64,000 bases of DNA from an uncultured Gammaproteobacteria bacterium (GCA_964570895.1 CAZMZD010000006.1:11447-75446); one strand, 5' to 3'. Shown: positions 17,444 to 25,680, counted from the stretch's first letter. Numbers and translations: made by a program. The notes: a model not told the origin generated them from the sequence alone.

Positions 17444-18051
17444 TATCTAACCTTATTTTCTTCGCCCTTGATAAGCCTTTTGATGTTTTCCCTGTGTAAA
17501 TAAATGATGTATATCGCACCAAGCGCACAGTAGATAACATAAGAAATTGGTTGTCTAAATATGTGCATTAAAAATGGTGCACAAGCAACCGCAATGATTG
17601 AACCGAGCGATACATATCTTGAAAAATATGTGATTACCGCCCATATACCGGCAATTGAAAGCCCTGCAAGCGGGCAAAGCGCAATAATTGTGCCAACGCC
17701 TGAAGCAACCGATTTACCGCCTCTAAAGCCAAGGAAAAGCGGCTTAGAGTGCCCAATTATAACACATGTTGCAGCAAGCGGCGGTGCAATCCTATGTGCG
17801 TCACCCAATTTAAAACTTAAATATCCTGCAAGCACAACAGGAAGTGCGCCTTTGAGCGCGTCAAGAAGCATTACTATAAAAAACCAAGCTTTGCCCAAAA
17901 CTCTTTTTACATTTGTGGCGCCCGTTGAGCCGGAGCCCACTTCTCTAATATCCTGACCTGTTTTTAATTTAACAATAATATATCCTGTTGGGATTGAACC
18001 GATTAAATATGCAACAATTGCAATTAAAATTAAATATAGAGCGTAATGCAA
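17443..18051 (-). CDS. plsY: Glycerol-3-phosphate acyltransferase PlsY
   Basis: 202 aa membrane protein with GSIPTGYII, GSGSTGATNV, GGKSVASG. Confidence 0.9.
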   Translation of the reverse strand: MHYALYLILIAIVAYLIGSIPTGYIIVKLKTGQDIREVGSGSTGATNVKRVLGKAWFFIVMLLDALKGALPVVLAGYLSFKLGDAHRIAPPLAATCVIIGHSKPLFLGFRGGKSVASGVGTIIALCPLAGLSIAGIWAVITYFSRYVSLGSIIAVACAPFLMHIFRQPISYVIYCALGAIYIIYLHRENIKRLIKGEENKVR

Positions 18052-18052
18052 T

Positions 18053-19369
18053 TTATTTTTCTCCTTTTTCTCTAAATCCTATTCTTATTGGTGTTCCAAA
18101 GAAACCAAAATTTTCTCTCAATTTTTTAGAAAGATATTTTTTATAACTATCTCGAATTAAATCTACATTGTTTACAAAAAGCGCGAATGTTGGCGGTTTT
18201 GCCTTAACTTGAGTTGAGTAATAAATTCTGAGCCTTTTGCCCTTAACGCTTGCAGGTGGGTTAAGTTCAATTGATTCATTTATTACTTTATTCAAAACGC
18301 CGGTTGAAACCCTTTTATTGCGCTCGGTGGCAACTGTGATTGCTTCATCTAAAATGTTTGTTAGCCTTTTGCCTGTTTTTGCGCTTATAAATAGCTTTTT
18401 TGCATAACTTAAAAATGGAATTTCTTGCTCAACTTCTTTTTCATATTTATGAGTTTGAACGTTTTGAATTAAATCCCATTTATTAAACGCCACAATCACG
18501 CCAACGCCGGCTTCTTCAACTGTTTGCATAATTTTTTTGTCTTGATCTGAAATATTTTCAACGGCGTCAATTACGATAACCGCAACGTCTGCTTCTCTAA
18601 TCGAGCGAAGCGCTCTATCCACAGCAAATGCTTCAATTCCATAGCTTACTTTTGATTTTTTTCTAATTCCTGCTGTGTCAATTAAAATAAATTCTTGGTC
18701 TTTATATTTAATTTCAGAGTTTATGCTATCGCGCGTAGTGCCTGAAACGTCAGACACAATCGCCCTGTTTTCATTCAAAATTGAGTTTAATATTGAGCTT
18801 TTGCCTGCGTTTGGTTTGCCCACTATTGCAACTTTAATTTTTGATGAATCATCATAATCAGATTGTTTTTCAATATCTTCCGTGATTAAATCCAGCAAAT
18901 CGCCAACACCGCCAGAACCGTGAAGCGCTGAAACAGCTTGAGGTTCGCCCAAAGATAGTTCGTAAAAATCTGAAATGTTGGTTATTTCATCAATACTATC
19001 AACTTTATTGGCAACAAGAATTACTTTTTTCTTTTCACGTCTTAAAATGTTTGCGATGTCTTTATCATAAGGGCTTAGGCCGGATTTAGCATCAACCACA
19101 AACAAAATCAAATCCGCTTCTTCAATTGCGATTTTTGCTTGCGTGAAAATGTTTTGAACAAACTCGCTTTCAGTATCATCCGTGATAATACCGCCGGTGT
19201 CTATCATAATAAACGGTTTATCTTGCCAAACTGCGTCAAAATAAATTCTATCACGGGTGACACCCGCCATATCATCGACGATAGACTTGCGTTCGCCCAA
19301 AATTCTGTTAATTAATGTAGATTTTCCGACATTAGGTCTGCCGACAATTGCTATTACTTTATTTTTCAT
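18053..19369 (-). CDS. der: Ribosome-associated GTPase Der/EngA (two GTPase domains plus KH-like)
   Basis: 438 aa with two P-loops, GRPNVGKST and GKPNAGKSS. DTGG/DTAG and NKVD/NKWD are both present. Confidence 0.95.
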   Translation of the reverse strand: MKNKVIAIVGRPNVGKSTLINRILGERKSIVDDMAGVTRDRIYFDAVWQDKPFIMIDTGGIITDDTESEFVQNIFTQAKIAIEEADLILFVVDAKSGLSPYDKDIANILRREKKKVILVANKVDSIDEITNISDFYELSLGEPQAVSALHGSGGVGDLLDLITEDIEKQSDYDDSSKIKVAIVGKPNAGKSSILNSILNENRAIVSDVSGTTRDSINSEIKYKDQEFILIDTAGIRKKSKVSYGIEAFAVDRALRSIREADVAVIVIDAVENISDQDKKIMQTVEEAGVGVIVAFNKWDLIQNVQTHKYEKEVEQEIPFLSYAKKLFISAKTGKRLTNILDEAITVATERNKRVSTGVLNKVINESIELNPPASVKGKRLRIYYSTQVKAKPPTFALFVNNVDLIRDSYKKYLSKKLRENFGFFGTPIRIGFREKGEK

Positions 19370-19381
19370 AAAATAATTATA

Positions 19382-20089
19382 CTACAAAGATTTATCTTCG
19401 ATAATACTTGTGATACGAAGCCCGAATTTGTCTTCAATAACAATAACTTCACCGTGTGCAACAAGCTTTCCGCACACAAAAAGCTCGACTTGTTCACCCG
19501 CAACTTTATTAATTTCAATAATTGAGCCTTTTTGAATGTCCAAAACTTTTTTGACTTTCATTTTACATCTGCCAAGCTCAACCGTGATTTTTGCTTTCAC
19601 ATCTTGCATAATATCAAGGTTTTTCCTCGGCGTGCCAACTGCGCTCACTTCATTTTCAAAACTTGCAAAACGGATAGGTTTAACTGTGATTACTTCATCA
19701 TCGAGTTCATCTTTTGCTTCAGCTCGAGTTTCAGGCGCGTGGCTAAATTGAGCTTTGGGCTGAGGTGGCTGTGGCACATGTGGCGCATGTGGCGCTTGAG
19801 GCGCTTGAGGTGCTTGAGGTGTATGTGGCTTTTGGGCACCTTGTGTTCTAATTTGAATGTTTGGTTGTGCGCCAATCGGCTTTTCGTCAGGTTTTGGCGG
19901 TTGTGCGCCACTTTGAAAATTAGGCATATTTTCTTGAGGAATGTTTTGTCCCATATCAGAGAACATGCTCATTTCTTCATTTGGCATATTTTCAGGCATA
20001 CCTGAAAACATACTATCAGAGCCCATATTTAATGCGCCAAAATCTTGATTTTCATTATTGTTATCGTTTCCAAAACCAGACATTATCAA
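19382..20089 (-). CDS. fliN: Flagellar motor switch protein FliN/FliY-like with Pro/Gln-rich N-terminal region
   Basis: 235 aa. The C-terminal ~80 aa (ITVELGRCKMKVKKVLDIQKGSIIEINKVAGEQVELFVCGKLVAHGEVIVIEDKFGLRITSI) form a SpoA/FliN domain. The N-terminus is disordered and carries PQAPQAPQAPHAPHVPQPPQP. Confidence 0.8.
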   Translation of the reverse strand: MIMSGFGNDNNNENQDFGALNMGSDSMFSGMPENMPNEEMSMFSDMGQNIPQENMPNFQSGAQPPKPDEKPIGAQPNIQIRTQGAQKPHTPQAPQAPQAPHAPHVPQPPQPKAQFSHAPETRAEAKDELDDEVITVKPIRFASFENEVSAVGTPRKNLDIMQDVKAKITVELGRCKMKVKKVLDIQKGSIIEINKVAGEQVELFVCGKLVAHGEVIVIEDKFGLRITSIIEDKSL

Positions 20090-20091
20090 CC

Positions 20092-20751
20092 TTATTGAAT
20101 TATAAATTGAGCAAAGTTAACTCTTAACACTTCTCTTGCGCCATTAAACACAGCGCTTACCATATCTTGTATTTCTTCTTTTGCAATTTCTTTTCCCGTC
20201 GGAGTTGAAAGCTCATCAGATGTTTTGCTTGATAAAACAGAAATTATAGCATCTCTGATTGCAGGTTTGTATTGTTCCATCTCAGCAATAACTGAAGCCA
20301 TAGGGTCAGCAGGAGCTGCGCCGTGCCCGCCATGAGCACTACCGCCATCAGACGCTGCGTTTGCAGCTTCTGTTTCAGCAATTGTTTTTGTGAGCTCAAT
20401 TGCAACATTCACTTTTAAATACCTTCTTGTTGCAGGGTCAGCTAAATTCAAAATAAAATCGCCTAAATCAAGCAAAATGCCCTTTTCTTCTTGGGTTGCA
20501 TCAGATGAATCTTCTGCAAGCAACTCTTCCGGCGGATGAACTTTTGCAATTTCAGATTTTACAGTTGATTTAACAATAGAATTTCCGATAAAAGTCATCA
20601 AAGCAAAAAAGACGATTAGCACAACCGTGTTTATAATAAGCAACATATTTGTGCTTATTTGCTTTTGGTCTTTATTTACTTGTATTTTAATATCTTCGTC
20701 TTTTGGTTTTAAATCTTTTCCTGAATTAGGTTTAGCCATTATAAACTCCAA
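20092..20751 (-). CDS. fliL: Flagellar basal-body-associated protein FliL
   Basis: 219 aa with one N-terminal TM helix, followed by LDLGDFILNLAD....RYLKVNVAIEL...IRDAIISVLSSKT, typical of FliL. Confidence 0.75.
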   Translation of the reverse strand: MEFIMAKPNSGKDLKPKDEDIKIQVNKDQKQISTNMLLIINTVVLIVFFALMTFIGNSIVKSTVKSEIAKVHPPEELLAEDSSDATQEEKGILLDLGDFILNLADPATRRYLKVNVAIELTKTIAETEAANAASDGGSAHGGHGAAPADPMASVIAEMEQYKPAIRDAIISVLSSKTSDELSTPTGKEIAKEEIQDMVSAVFNGAREVLRVNFAQFIIQ

Positions 20752-20758
20752 TTTTACA

Positions 20759-21472
20759 TTAATTTATTATTATTATATCAACTCTTCTGTTTTTTGACCT
20801 ACCCTGAGAAGTTGAATTTGTTGCTATTGGCTTGATGTCCGCATACCCTGCAACTGTAAATCTTTTTTTATCAAGCTTTTTATTAACTATCAAATAATCA
20901 GCTATTTTTGAGGCCCTGACAGAAGATAGCTCCCAATTAGAACCGTATTTTGCATTTTTAATCGGGAGATTGTCGCTATGTCCTTCTATTCTAATGTGTT
21001 TTTGGTTTTTAGTCAAAACTTTTGCAATTTCATCTAATGTACGTTTGGACTCCGGCTTAATTTCAGCAGAAGCAAAATCAAATAATAAGCCTTCACCCAT
21101 TCTGACAGTGAGCGAGCCTGCTTCTTTGATAATTTGCACATTTTCGTCTTTAGTTGTTTCTTTTAATTGTTTTGCAATATTATCAAACTCAATCACTCTT
21201 ATTTCATCGGAATCAGAAGGATTTTTGACACCCTGCAACATAAGGTTTACCCCGGGTTCTTCTTCGTTCATCGAAATATTTTTATTTTCTTCTTGAGCTT
21301 GTGCTTCTTGCGGCATTTCACTAAATTGAGAGCGGAGTTCTTTATTTTCGGTTGTCGCGCCAATATACAACATCATAAAAAGAGCGAGCAAAATTGTTGT
21401 GAAATCAGAATATGAAACAATCCATCTGTTTCGCCTTTGGTTATTGTGTTTTTTAAAAGAGAGAAAGCCCAC
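20759..21472 (-). CDS. motB: Flagellar stator protein MotB (OmpA-like C-terminus)
   Basis: 237 aa. N-terminal WIVSYSDFTTILLALFMML contains the conserved Asp context. The C-terminus is OmpA-like: IRIEGHSDN.P......SNWELSSVRA......GYAD..P....T..GR..NRRVDI. Confidence 0.85.
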   Translation of the reverse strand: MGFLSFKKHNNQRRNRWIVSYSDFTTILLALFMMLYIGATTENKELRSQFSEMPQEAQAQEENKNISMNEEEPGVNLMLQGVKNPSDSDEIRVIEFDNIAKQLKETTKDENVQIIKEAGSLTVRMGEGLLFDFASAEIKPESKRTLDEIAKVLTKNQKHIRIEGHSDNLPIKNAKYGSNWELSSVRASKIADYLIVNKKLDKKRFTVAGYADIKPIATNSTSQGRSKNRRVDIIIIN

Positions 21473-21473
21473 T

Positions 21474-22289
21474 TTAGCCCTTTCTAAAAAGCTTTTTGAA
21501 GATAGAATTTTGTTGTTTTGTGTTTTCGAAATCGTCTTTAAAATCTTCTAAACCTTCCTTAACGACGATTGTGCTTTGGTTTTGGCAAATTCTAACAACG
21601 GTTTTAATCACAACTTTTTGATAATTCATTTTGTCTTTTAAAACGTTTTTATAATTTCCTGAAATAGGCAAAAACACAAGATTTGCAAGGGCAAGGCCCC
21701 AAAGAGTGGCACAAAATGCAGTCGCAATCCCAGGCATTAATTGATTAATGCTTTGCGCGCTTGAAGCAATTTGCATTAAGCCTGCGATTGCTCCGATAAT
21801 CCCAAAAGTGGGGGCATAACCGCCCATTTCTTCAAAAATTTCAATGTTTATATTGTCTTCTTTATTCACAAAATCCATGTAATTATACAAATTTTGTTCA
21901 AGTTGTTCCGGATCATTAATATCAATGCAACTTTTGAGGCATTTTCTCAAAAAAGGATTTTCAATTCTTGGAACAATTTTTTCCAAACCTAAAATACCAT
22001 TCTTTTTAACAAACAGAGAAATTTCAGACAAAAGTTCAATATCTTCGTAAGAATTAATTTCTTCAGATAAAATCAGTTTTTTAGTGCTTCTGATTGCGTT
22101 AAAAACTTTTGGAATTGAAAAGTTTAAAGAACAAGCACAAAGAGTTCCGCCTAAAACAATTAAAAGCGCGTTCGGCTCAAAAACATCGACAAGCCCCTTT
22201 GATTTAAGAACAAAAGAAATTGAAATCAAAGAAAAACCGGCAACAATCGCCACAATATTTCCTAAGTTTAAATATCTTTTTTTGCGCAT
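21474..22289 (-). CDS. motA: Flagellar stator protein MotA
   Basis: 271 aa, four TM segments. The C-terminal MotA/TolQ/ExbB channel signature is present (APTFGIIGAIAGLM...IATAFCATLWGLALANLVFLPI). Confidence 0.85.
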   Translation of the reverse strand: MRKKRYLNLGNIVAIVAGFSLISISFVLKSKGLVDVFEPNALLIVLGGTLCACSLNFSIPKVFNAIRSTKKLILSEEINSYEDIELLSEISLFVKKNGILGLEKIVPRIENPFLRKCLKSCIDINDPEQLEQNLYNYMDFVNKEDNINIEIFEEMGGYAPTFGIIGAIAGLMQIASSAQSINQLMPGIATAFCATLWGLALANLVFLPISGNYKNVLKDKMNYQKVVIKTVVRICQNQSTIVVKEGLEDFKDDFENTKQQNSIFKKLFRKG

Positions 22290-22292
22290 TTA

Positions 22293-22931
22293 TTAAAACT
22301 CTTGATTATTGTTTTTTACATATAAGCCGAGAGCAAAAGGTTTGTAAGAATTTACTTCAGACTTAAGGGCATAATTTTCTTTGTTTAGGTTATTAATTTT
22401 TTCTCTTAAGCTTTCATTTTCGGTTTTGGCTCTAATAAGTTCCATTATAACTTCATCCAAGCCATCCATTTTTTCTGAAAGTAAAGATGTCATTTTTGAG
22501 ATAATATTTTCTTCAACTTTAGAAAGACTGCTTTCAATTTTGGCAAGCGCTGTGCCCTGAGAAGCAACAGAGCGAGGAGCGCGAGCTACCATTTGTTGTT
22601 TTCTGTTCATTTCGCCAATTTCAGCTTGAACTTGTTTTCTTGCTTGAATAAGATTTTTTTGCTTTGCAATTAGCGCTGACGCTTCTTCAGACATGAAAGT
22701 TTTTTCTCTTGTTGTTTGAACTCTTTTTGCGCTAAACAAATTTTTAACTTTTTTCAAAATTTCTACATCAGCTTTTGTGAAGTACAAATTGCCAAACTCA
22801 TCTCTTTTTGGCTTTAAATTTGTCTTTTCGCATAATGCTTCTATTTCTGTAATGTTCGTGTCTAGTAATTCTTGTACTTTCATAGCACTTATAACTTCGT
22901 TGTTTGCTCTAAATTCCCTTACGCTCGTCAA
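22293..22931 (-). CDS. Hypothetical HTH (MerR/excisionase-like) plus coiled-coil protein, first gene of the motAB block
   Basis: 212 aa with a TTG start and RBS aagagg. N-terminal MKVQELLDTNITEIEALCEKTNLKPKRDEFGNLYFTKADVEILKK looks like a short winged HTH. The remainder is heptad-rich. Confidence 0.4.
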   Translation of the reverse strand: MTSVREFRANNEVISAMKVQELLDTNITEIEALCEKTNLKPKRDEFGNLYFTKADVEILKKVKNLFSAKRVQTTREKTFMSEEASALIAKQKNLIQARKQVQAEIGEMNRKQQMVARAPRSVASQGTALAKIESSLSKVEENIISKMTSLLSEKMDGLDEVIMELIRAKTENESLREKINNLNKENYALKSEVNSYKPFALGLYVKNNNQEF

Positions 22932-23012
22932 TTTGTAAACCTCTTAACCCGTCTTTTTAATATTATAAATTAAAAATAAATAAAAAACGAATTATTAAGT
23001 ATTATGAAGCAA

Positions 23013-23025
23013 AAATGTAACATTT
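23013..23025. promoter_or_regulatory. Palindrome AAATGTAACATTT (candidate operator), upstream of the motAB block
   Basis: Perfect 13-nt palindrome. Related copies lie at 25146-25158, 27832-27846 and 27927-27940. Confidence 0.45.
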
Positions 23026-23042
23026 GAGCTTAATTTGTTATC

Positions 23043-24113
23043 TTAAGCTTGAGCCGGCGCGTTTTGTGCTGCCTGTTGCATTTGACCGGATAATTTGAGC
23101 AAAATCTCTTTGGCGACAACCGCGTCTTCTGCATACATAGTGTCGCTTTTATTTGCTTGAATATTGTTTAAAGTCGCAATTGTTTCTTCGTTTCCTATTG
23201 CGTAGCCCACATTTAGAATTGTGAGCGCCATTTGTCTAACTGAAGCAGAAGGGTCTTTCAAACTTTTATTCAAGAGGGCGGTAAGCGCAGGGTCTGATTT
23301 TCTTTCGTCGCTTTCTTTAAATCTTTTAAGGAGTTCCGTTGCGCCCGCTAAGCGAACTTTCGGGTCGCCGTCATTTAAAGTTCTTTCAAGGTTTTGTATA
23401 TATTCATTAGTTAAAGGTACTGTATTTTCTGTTTTTTGTTCTGCCTTTTGTTCTGCCTTTTGCTCCGGCGCAGGCGTTTGAGGGCTTGTTGCTTGAGCTT
23501 GAGTTAAATCTTGAGTGTTTTGGGCTTGCATTTGTTGAGGCGCAGGCATTTGCATAGCTTGTGGTGCTTGAGGAGCTTGCATTTGTTGAGGCTGTGGCAT
23601 TTGAACATTCGTTTGCCCGTCTTGCGCCGCAGGATAAGCATTTGCAGGCAGCGGCATTTGAGGCACTGTCATATTATTTTGTGGCATATAGTTTGAATAT
23701 GTTGTCGCAGGGTATGAATAATATGTGTTTTGCGGATAAATTGGCGCGCCATTAGTTGTTGTCGGGTTGAAAATGTTGATATTCACAGCTCCGCCTGCCG
23801 GAATGTTAACTCCTTGAGGATATATAGGCATTGTTTGCGCTTGCGTTTGTTGAAGTTCAGTTTGCGCTTGTTGCGCTTGCTGAGGTACAGTTTGCACTTG
23901 TTGCGCTTGTGGCATTTGCATAGCTTGTGGTGCAGGCATTTGAGGAGCTTGCATTTGTTGCGCTTGCGGCATTTGAACACCGGATGTTTGATATTGATTT
24001 TGCGCAGTTAAATCTGCAACAGGTGGCTTTGGCATATGCACTTGCGCCTGATTATTTGAAGTGTTCGGTTTAATACCTTGGTTAAAATAAGAATTGTTAT
24101 TAATTGCTTGCAC
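23043..24113 (-). CDS. Gln/Pro/Ala-rich protein with C-terminal HEAT-like repeats
   Basis: 356 aa with a GTG start and RBS aaggaagg. The N-terminal two thirds are low complexity (QMPQAQQMQAPQMPAPQAMQMPQAQQ, twice). The C-terminus carries DPKVRLAGATELLKRF and DPSASVRQMALTILN, typical HEAT/PBS-lyase repeats. Confidence 0.5.
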   Translation of the reverse strand: MQAINNNSYFNQGIKPNTSNNQAQVHMPKPPVADLTAQNQYQTSGVQMPQAQQMQAPQMPAPQAMQMPQAQQVQTVPQQAQQAQTELQQTQAQTMPIYPQGVNIPAGGAVNINIFNPTTTNGAPIYPQNTYYSYPATTYSNYMPQNNMTVPQMPLPANAYPAAQDGQTNVQMPQPQQMQAPQAPQAMQMPAPQQMQAQNTQDLTQAQATSPQTPAPEQKAEQKAEQKTENTVPLTNEYIQNLERTLNDGDPKVRLAGATELLKRFKESDERKSDPALTALLNKSLKDPSASVRQMALTILNVGYAIGNEETIATLNNIQANKSDTMYAEDAVVAKEILLKLSGQMQQAAQNAPAQA

Positions 24114-24183
24114 TATAAATACCTTCCTTTATATGTTTATAAAAACATTTAAAGAAAAATAATTGCCAAATTTTAACAAAAAG

Positions 24184-25080
24184 TTAATTTTCCCACATTT
24201 TTGACATTATTTGCTCATATTTGGAAGTCGAAAGCCCCATGTTATAAGCCGCGAGTTTTGAAACATAATTTGTCATCATGCCTGCTGAACTTTTTATCAT
24301 ATTCATTAAAGCACTGCAATCGCCCGTGCCTGAAAAAGATATCGCATTTTCAACAGCAGAGGATGCTGCTTCATAATTTTGGGTAAGCACCGATTTATTT
24401 GTTTCTAAGCTGGAATTGTGTTTATCTATGTTTTTAATCAAAGCTTCGACCACGCCATGAGCAGAATTTAAATCTTTCGCACTTGAAACAGTCACATTAA
24501 AACCTGCTATTGAAAAAGCCGTATCGAACTCCAACACTGAATTTTCAGTTCCTTCATAACCTATTTGAGCTTGAGCGGAATTTATATAATTTTCATTAAC
24601 ATCTTCATCAAGAACATAAGTGCCATCTTCTTCGCGCGTATATTTTCTAATGCTTAAAGGCTTATAATCGTGTTCGCCAAAAATGTTTGCCCCGTCGTAT
24701 GTAGTGCCATTTTTTAGTTCATATAATTCCCCAAGCAATTCGTTTATATTGCTTTGCGCAGCTGCAAACTCGCTTGATGAAGAAGTTTCGGTTAATGTAT
24801 TTAATTCTGTTTGAATTTTTTCCGCAATTTCTTTCATACCTTCAAGAGAATTTTGCGCAACGTTTATAAGAGCAATACCGTTTTGAGTGCTTTTTTGGAT
24901 TTCAAAATAATCACCTAGCCTATAATCAAAATCGATTGAAGAAGCGTAAGTGTCTTCATCAGAGCTTATGCTGCTTCCTTGCGAATAAGAAGAATAGTCT
25001 GAATATTGTTCAGCCTTAACCTGTCTTTCATAAACAGAGGTAAGGGTGTTTGTTTTGTAAAATCCTATCGCGCTAACCAT
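24184..25080 (-). CDS. Highly divergent flagellin-domain protein (flagellin/FlgL-like)
   Basis: The track ORF extends to TTG 25116. I prefer ATG 25080 (RBS gaagga), because the TTG overlaps the predicted sigma28 -10. QNGIALINVAQNSLEGMKEIAEKIQTELNTL resembles the flagellin N-domain (QDGIS.IQ.AEGAL.E....LQRMREL). NGTTYDGANIFG and the helical C-terminal part fit the fold loosely. Confidence 0.5.
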   Translation of the reverse strand: MVSAIGFYKTNTLTSVYERQVKAEQYSDYSSYSQGSSISSDEDTYASSIDFDYRLGDYFEIQKSTQNGIALINVAQNSLEGMKEIAEKIQTELNTLTETSSSSEFAAAQSNINELLGELYELKNGTTYDGANIFGEHDYKPLSIRKYTREEDGTYVLDEDVNENYINSAQAQIGYEGTENSVLEFDTAFSIAGFNVTVSSAKDLNSAHGVVEALIKNIDKHNSSLETNKSVLTQNYEAASSAVENAISFSGTGDCSALMNMIKSSAGMMTNYVSKLAAYNMGLSTSKYEQIMSKMWEN

Positions 25081-25115
25081 ATCATCCTTCTGTGTGTTTA
25101 GTTTACTTATTCCCA

Positions 25116-25143
25116 ACTACGGCAAAATATAGCCAAAAATTTA
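25116..25143 (-). promoter_or_regulatory. Sigma28-type promoter candidate for the flagellin-like gene
   Basis: The minus strand reads TAAATTTT-N12-GCCGTAGT, against the consensus TAAAGTTT-N11-GCCGATAA. The -35 element matches well (7/8). The -10 element is only partial. Confidence 0.4.
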
Positions 25144-25145
25144 GA

Positions 25146-25158
25146 AAATGTTACATTT
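25146..25158. promoter_or_regulatory. Palindrome AAATGTTACATTT (candidate operator)
   Basis: Perfect palindrome lying 3 bp upstream of the sigma28-type -35 element of the flagellin-like gene. Confidence 0.45.
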
Positions 25159-25166
25159 CTTTACAT

Positions 25167-25332
25167 GCGAGCGAAGCTCGAGCTATAGCGCGACTGCGCT
25201 TAGCGAGAGCGAGCGAGCCAAAGGTGTGTGACGTGTGAAGACGGTTGCGATGAGCAAGCGGCGAACACGAAACCGTACCCCACGAGCGAAGCTCGAGCTA
25301 TAGCGCGACTGCGCTTAGCGAGAGCGAGCGAG
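25167..25332 (+). repeat. Two ~50-bp direct repeats (25167-25217, 25283-25332) flanking an inverted copy of the 4358-4432 module
   Basis: cgagcgaagctcgagctatagcgcgactgcgcttagcgagagcgagcgag occurs twice, 115 bp apart. Confidence 0.85.
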
Positions 25333-25368
25333 TTAGAACTTCGCCCCAACAGTGCAACATTAAGTCGT

Positions 25369-25403
25369 CATGCTGAACTCGTTTCAGCATCTTACCAACT
25401 AAT
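25369..25403. repeat. Hairpin module catgctgaa..ttcagcatcttaccaactaat (copy 1 in this locus)
   Basis: Inverted relative of the 3' end of the 305-bp unit (4118-4147). A second copy lies at 25554-25590. Confidence 0.7.
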
Positions 25404-25477
25404 AAGCCTCAACATTGTTCGCTATGTTTCAAGGTTTATAAGACCCTGAAATAAATTCAGGGTGACAGATTATAGTT

Positions 25478-25499
25478 CGTAGGTCAGGCATTGCCAGAC
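25478..25499. repeat. REP-like GTAG-headed palindrome
   Basis: cgtaggtcaggcattgccagac. Confidence 0.65.
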
Positions 25500-25552
25500 A
25501 AACCAAAATCGTAAGGTTGGAATTTCTACCACAACAGCGCAATATTTAACGG

Positions 25553-25640
25553 TCATGCTGAACTTGTTTCAGAATCTTACCAACTAATGCAGCGCAACGT
25601 TCACTTTTTACTCCTTCATTTTCTTTCTTTGCTATGCCAA
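25553..25640 (-). repeat. Partial inverted copy of the 3' part of the 305-bp unit
   Basis: gtcatgctgaacttgtttcagaatcttaccaactaatgcagcgcaacg...cattttctttctttg corresponds to the reverse complement of about 4050-4147. Confidence 0.6.
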
Positions 25641-25644
25641 AATA

Positions 25645-25653
25645 TGCTACAAT
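25645..25653 (+). promoter_or_regulatory. Extended -10 promoter candidate (TGcTACAAT)
   Basis: tgctacaat lies about 28 nt upstream of the ATG at 25681. No convincing -35 element was seen. Confidence 0.4.
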
Positions 25654-25680
25654 ACAGAACATAAAGAAATTGAGGGCAAA

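Noticed and set aside
19532-20005. Long antisense ORFs in the six-frame track opposite fliN and opposite the Q/P-rich HEAT gene. Examples: 19532-20005, 19690-19911, 23511-23696, 23730-24011, 23783-23980.
   Set aside because: They lie opposite low-complexity repeat-encoding DNA and translate to implausible Cys/Arg/Leu/His-rich strings. Each is fully contained in a well-supported gene on the other strand. The same reasoning applies to the many 60-140-aa antisense ORFs inside secY, der, glmS, the helicase and others.
20759-22289. MotA/MotB pair as a possible Zorya-like (ZorAB) defence stator, given that an HNH protein is present elsewhere in the window.
   Set aside because: They have normal flagellar stator size. 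They are immediately followed by fliL and fliN and have no ZorC/D/E-like neighbour. The HNH gene is 16 kb away in a separate operon.
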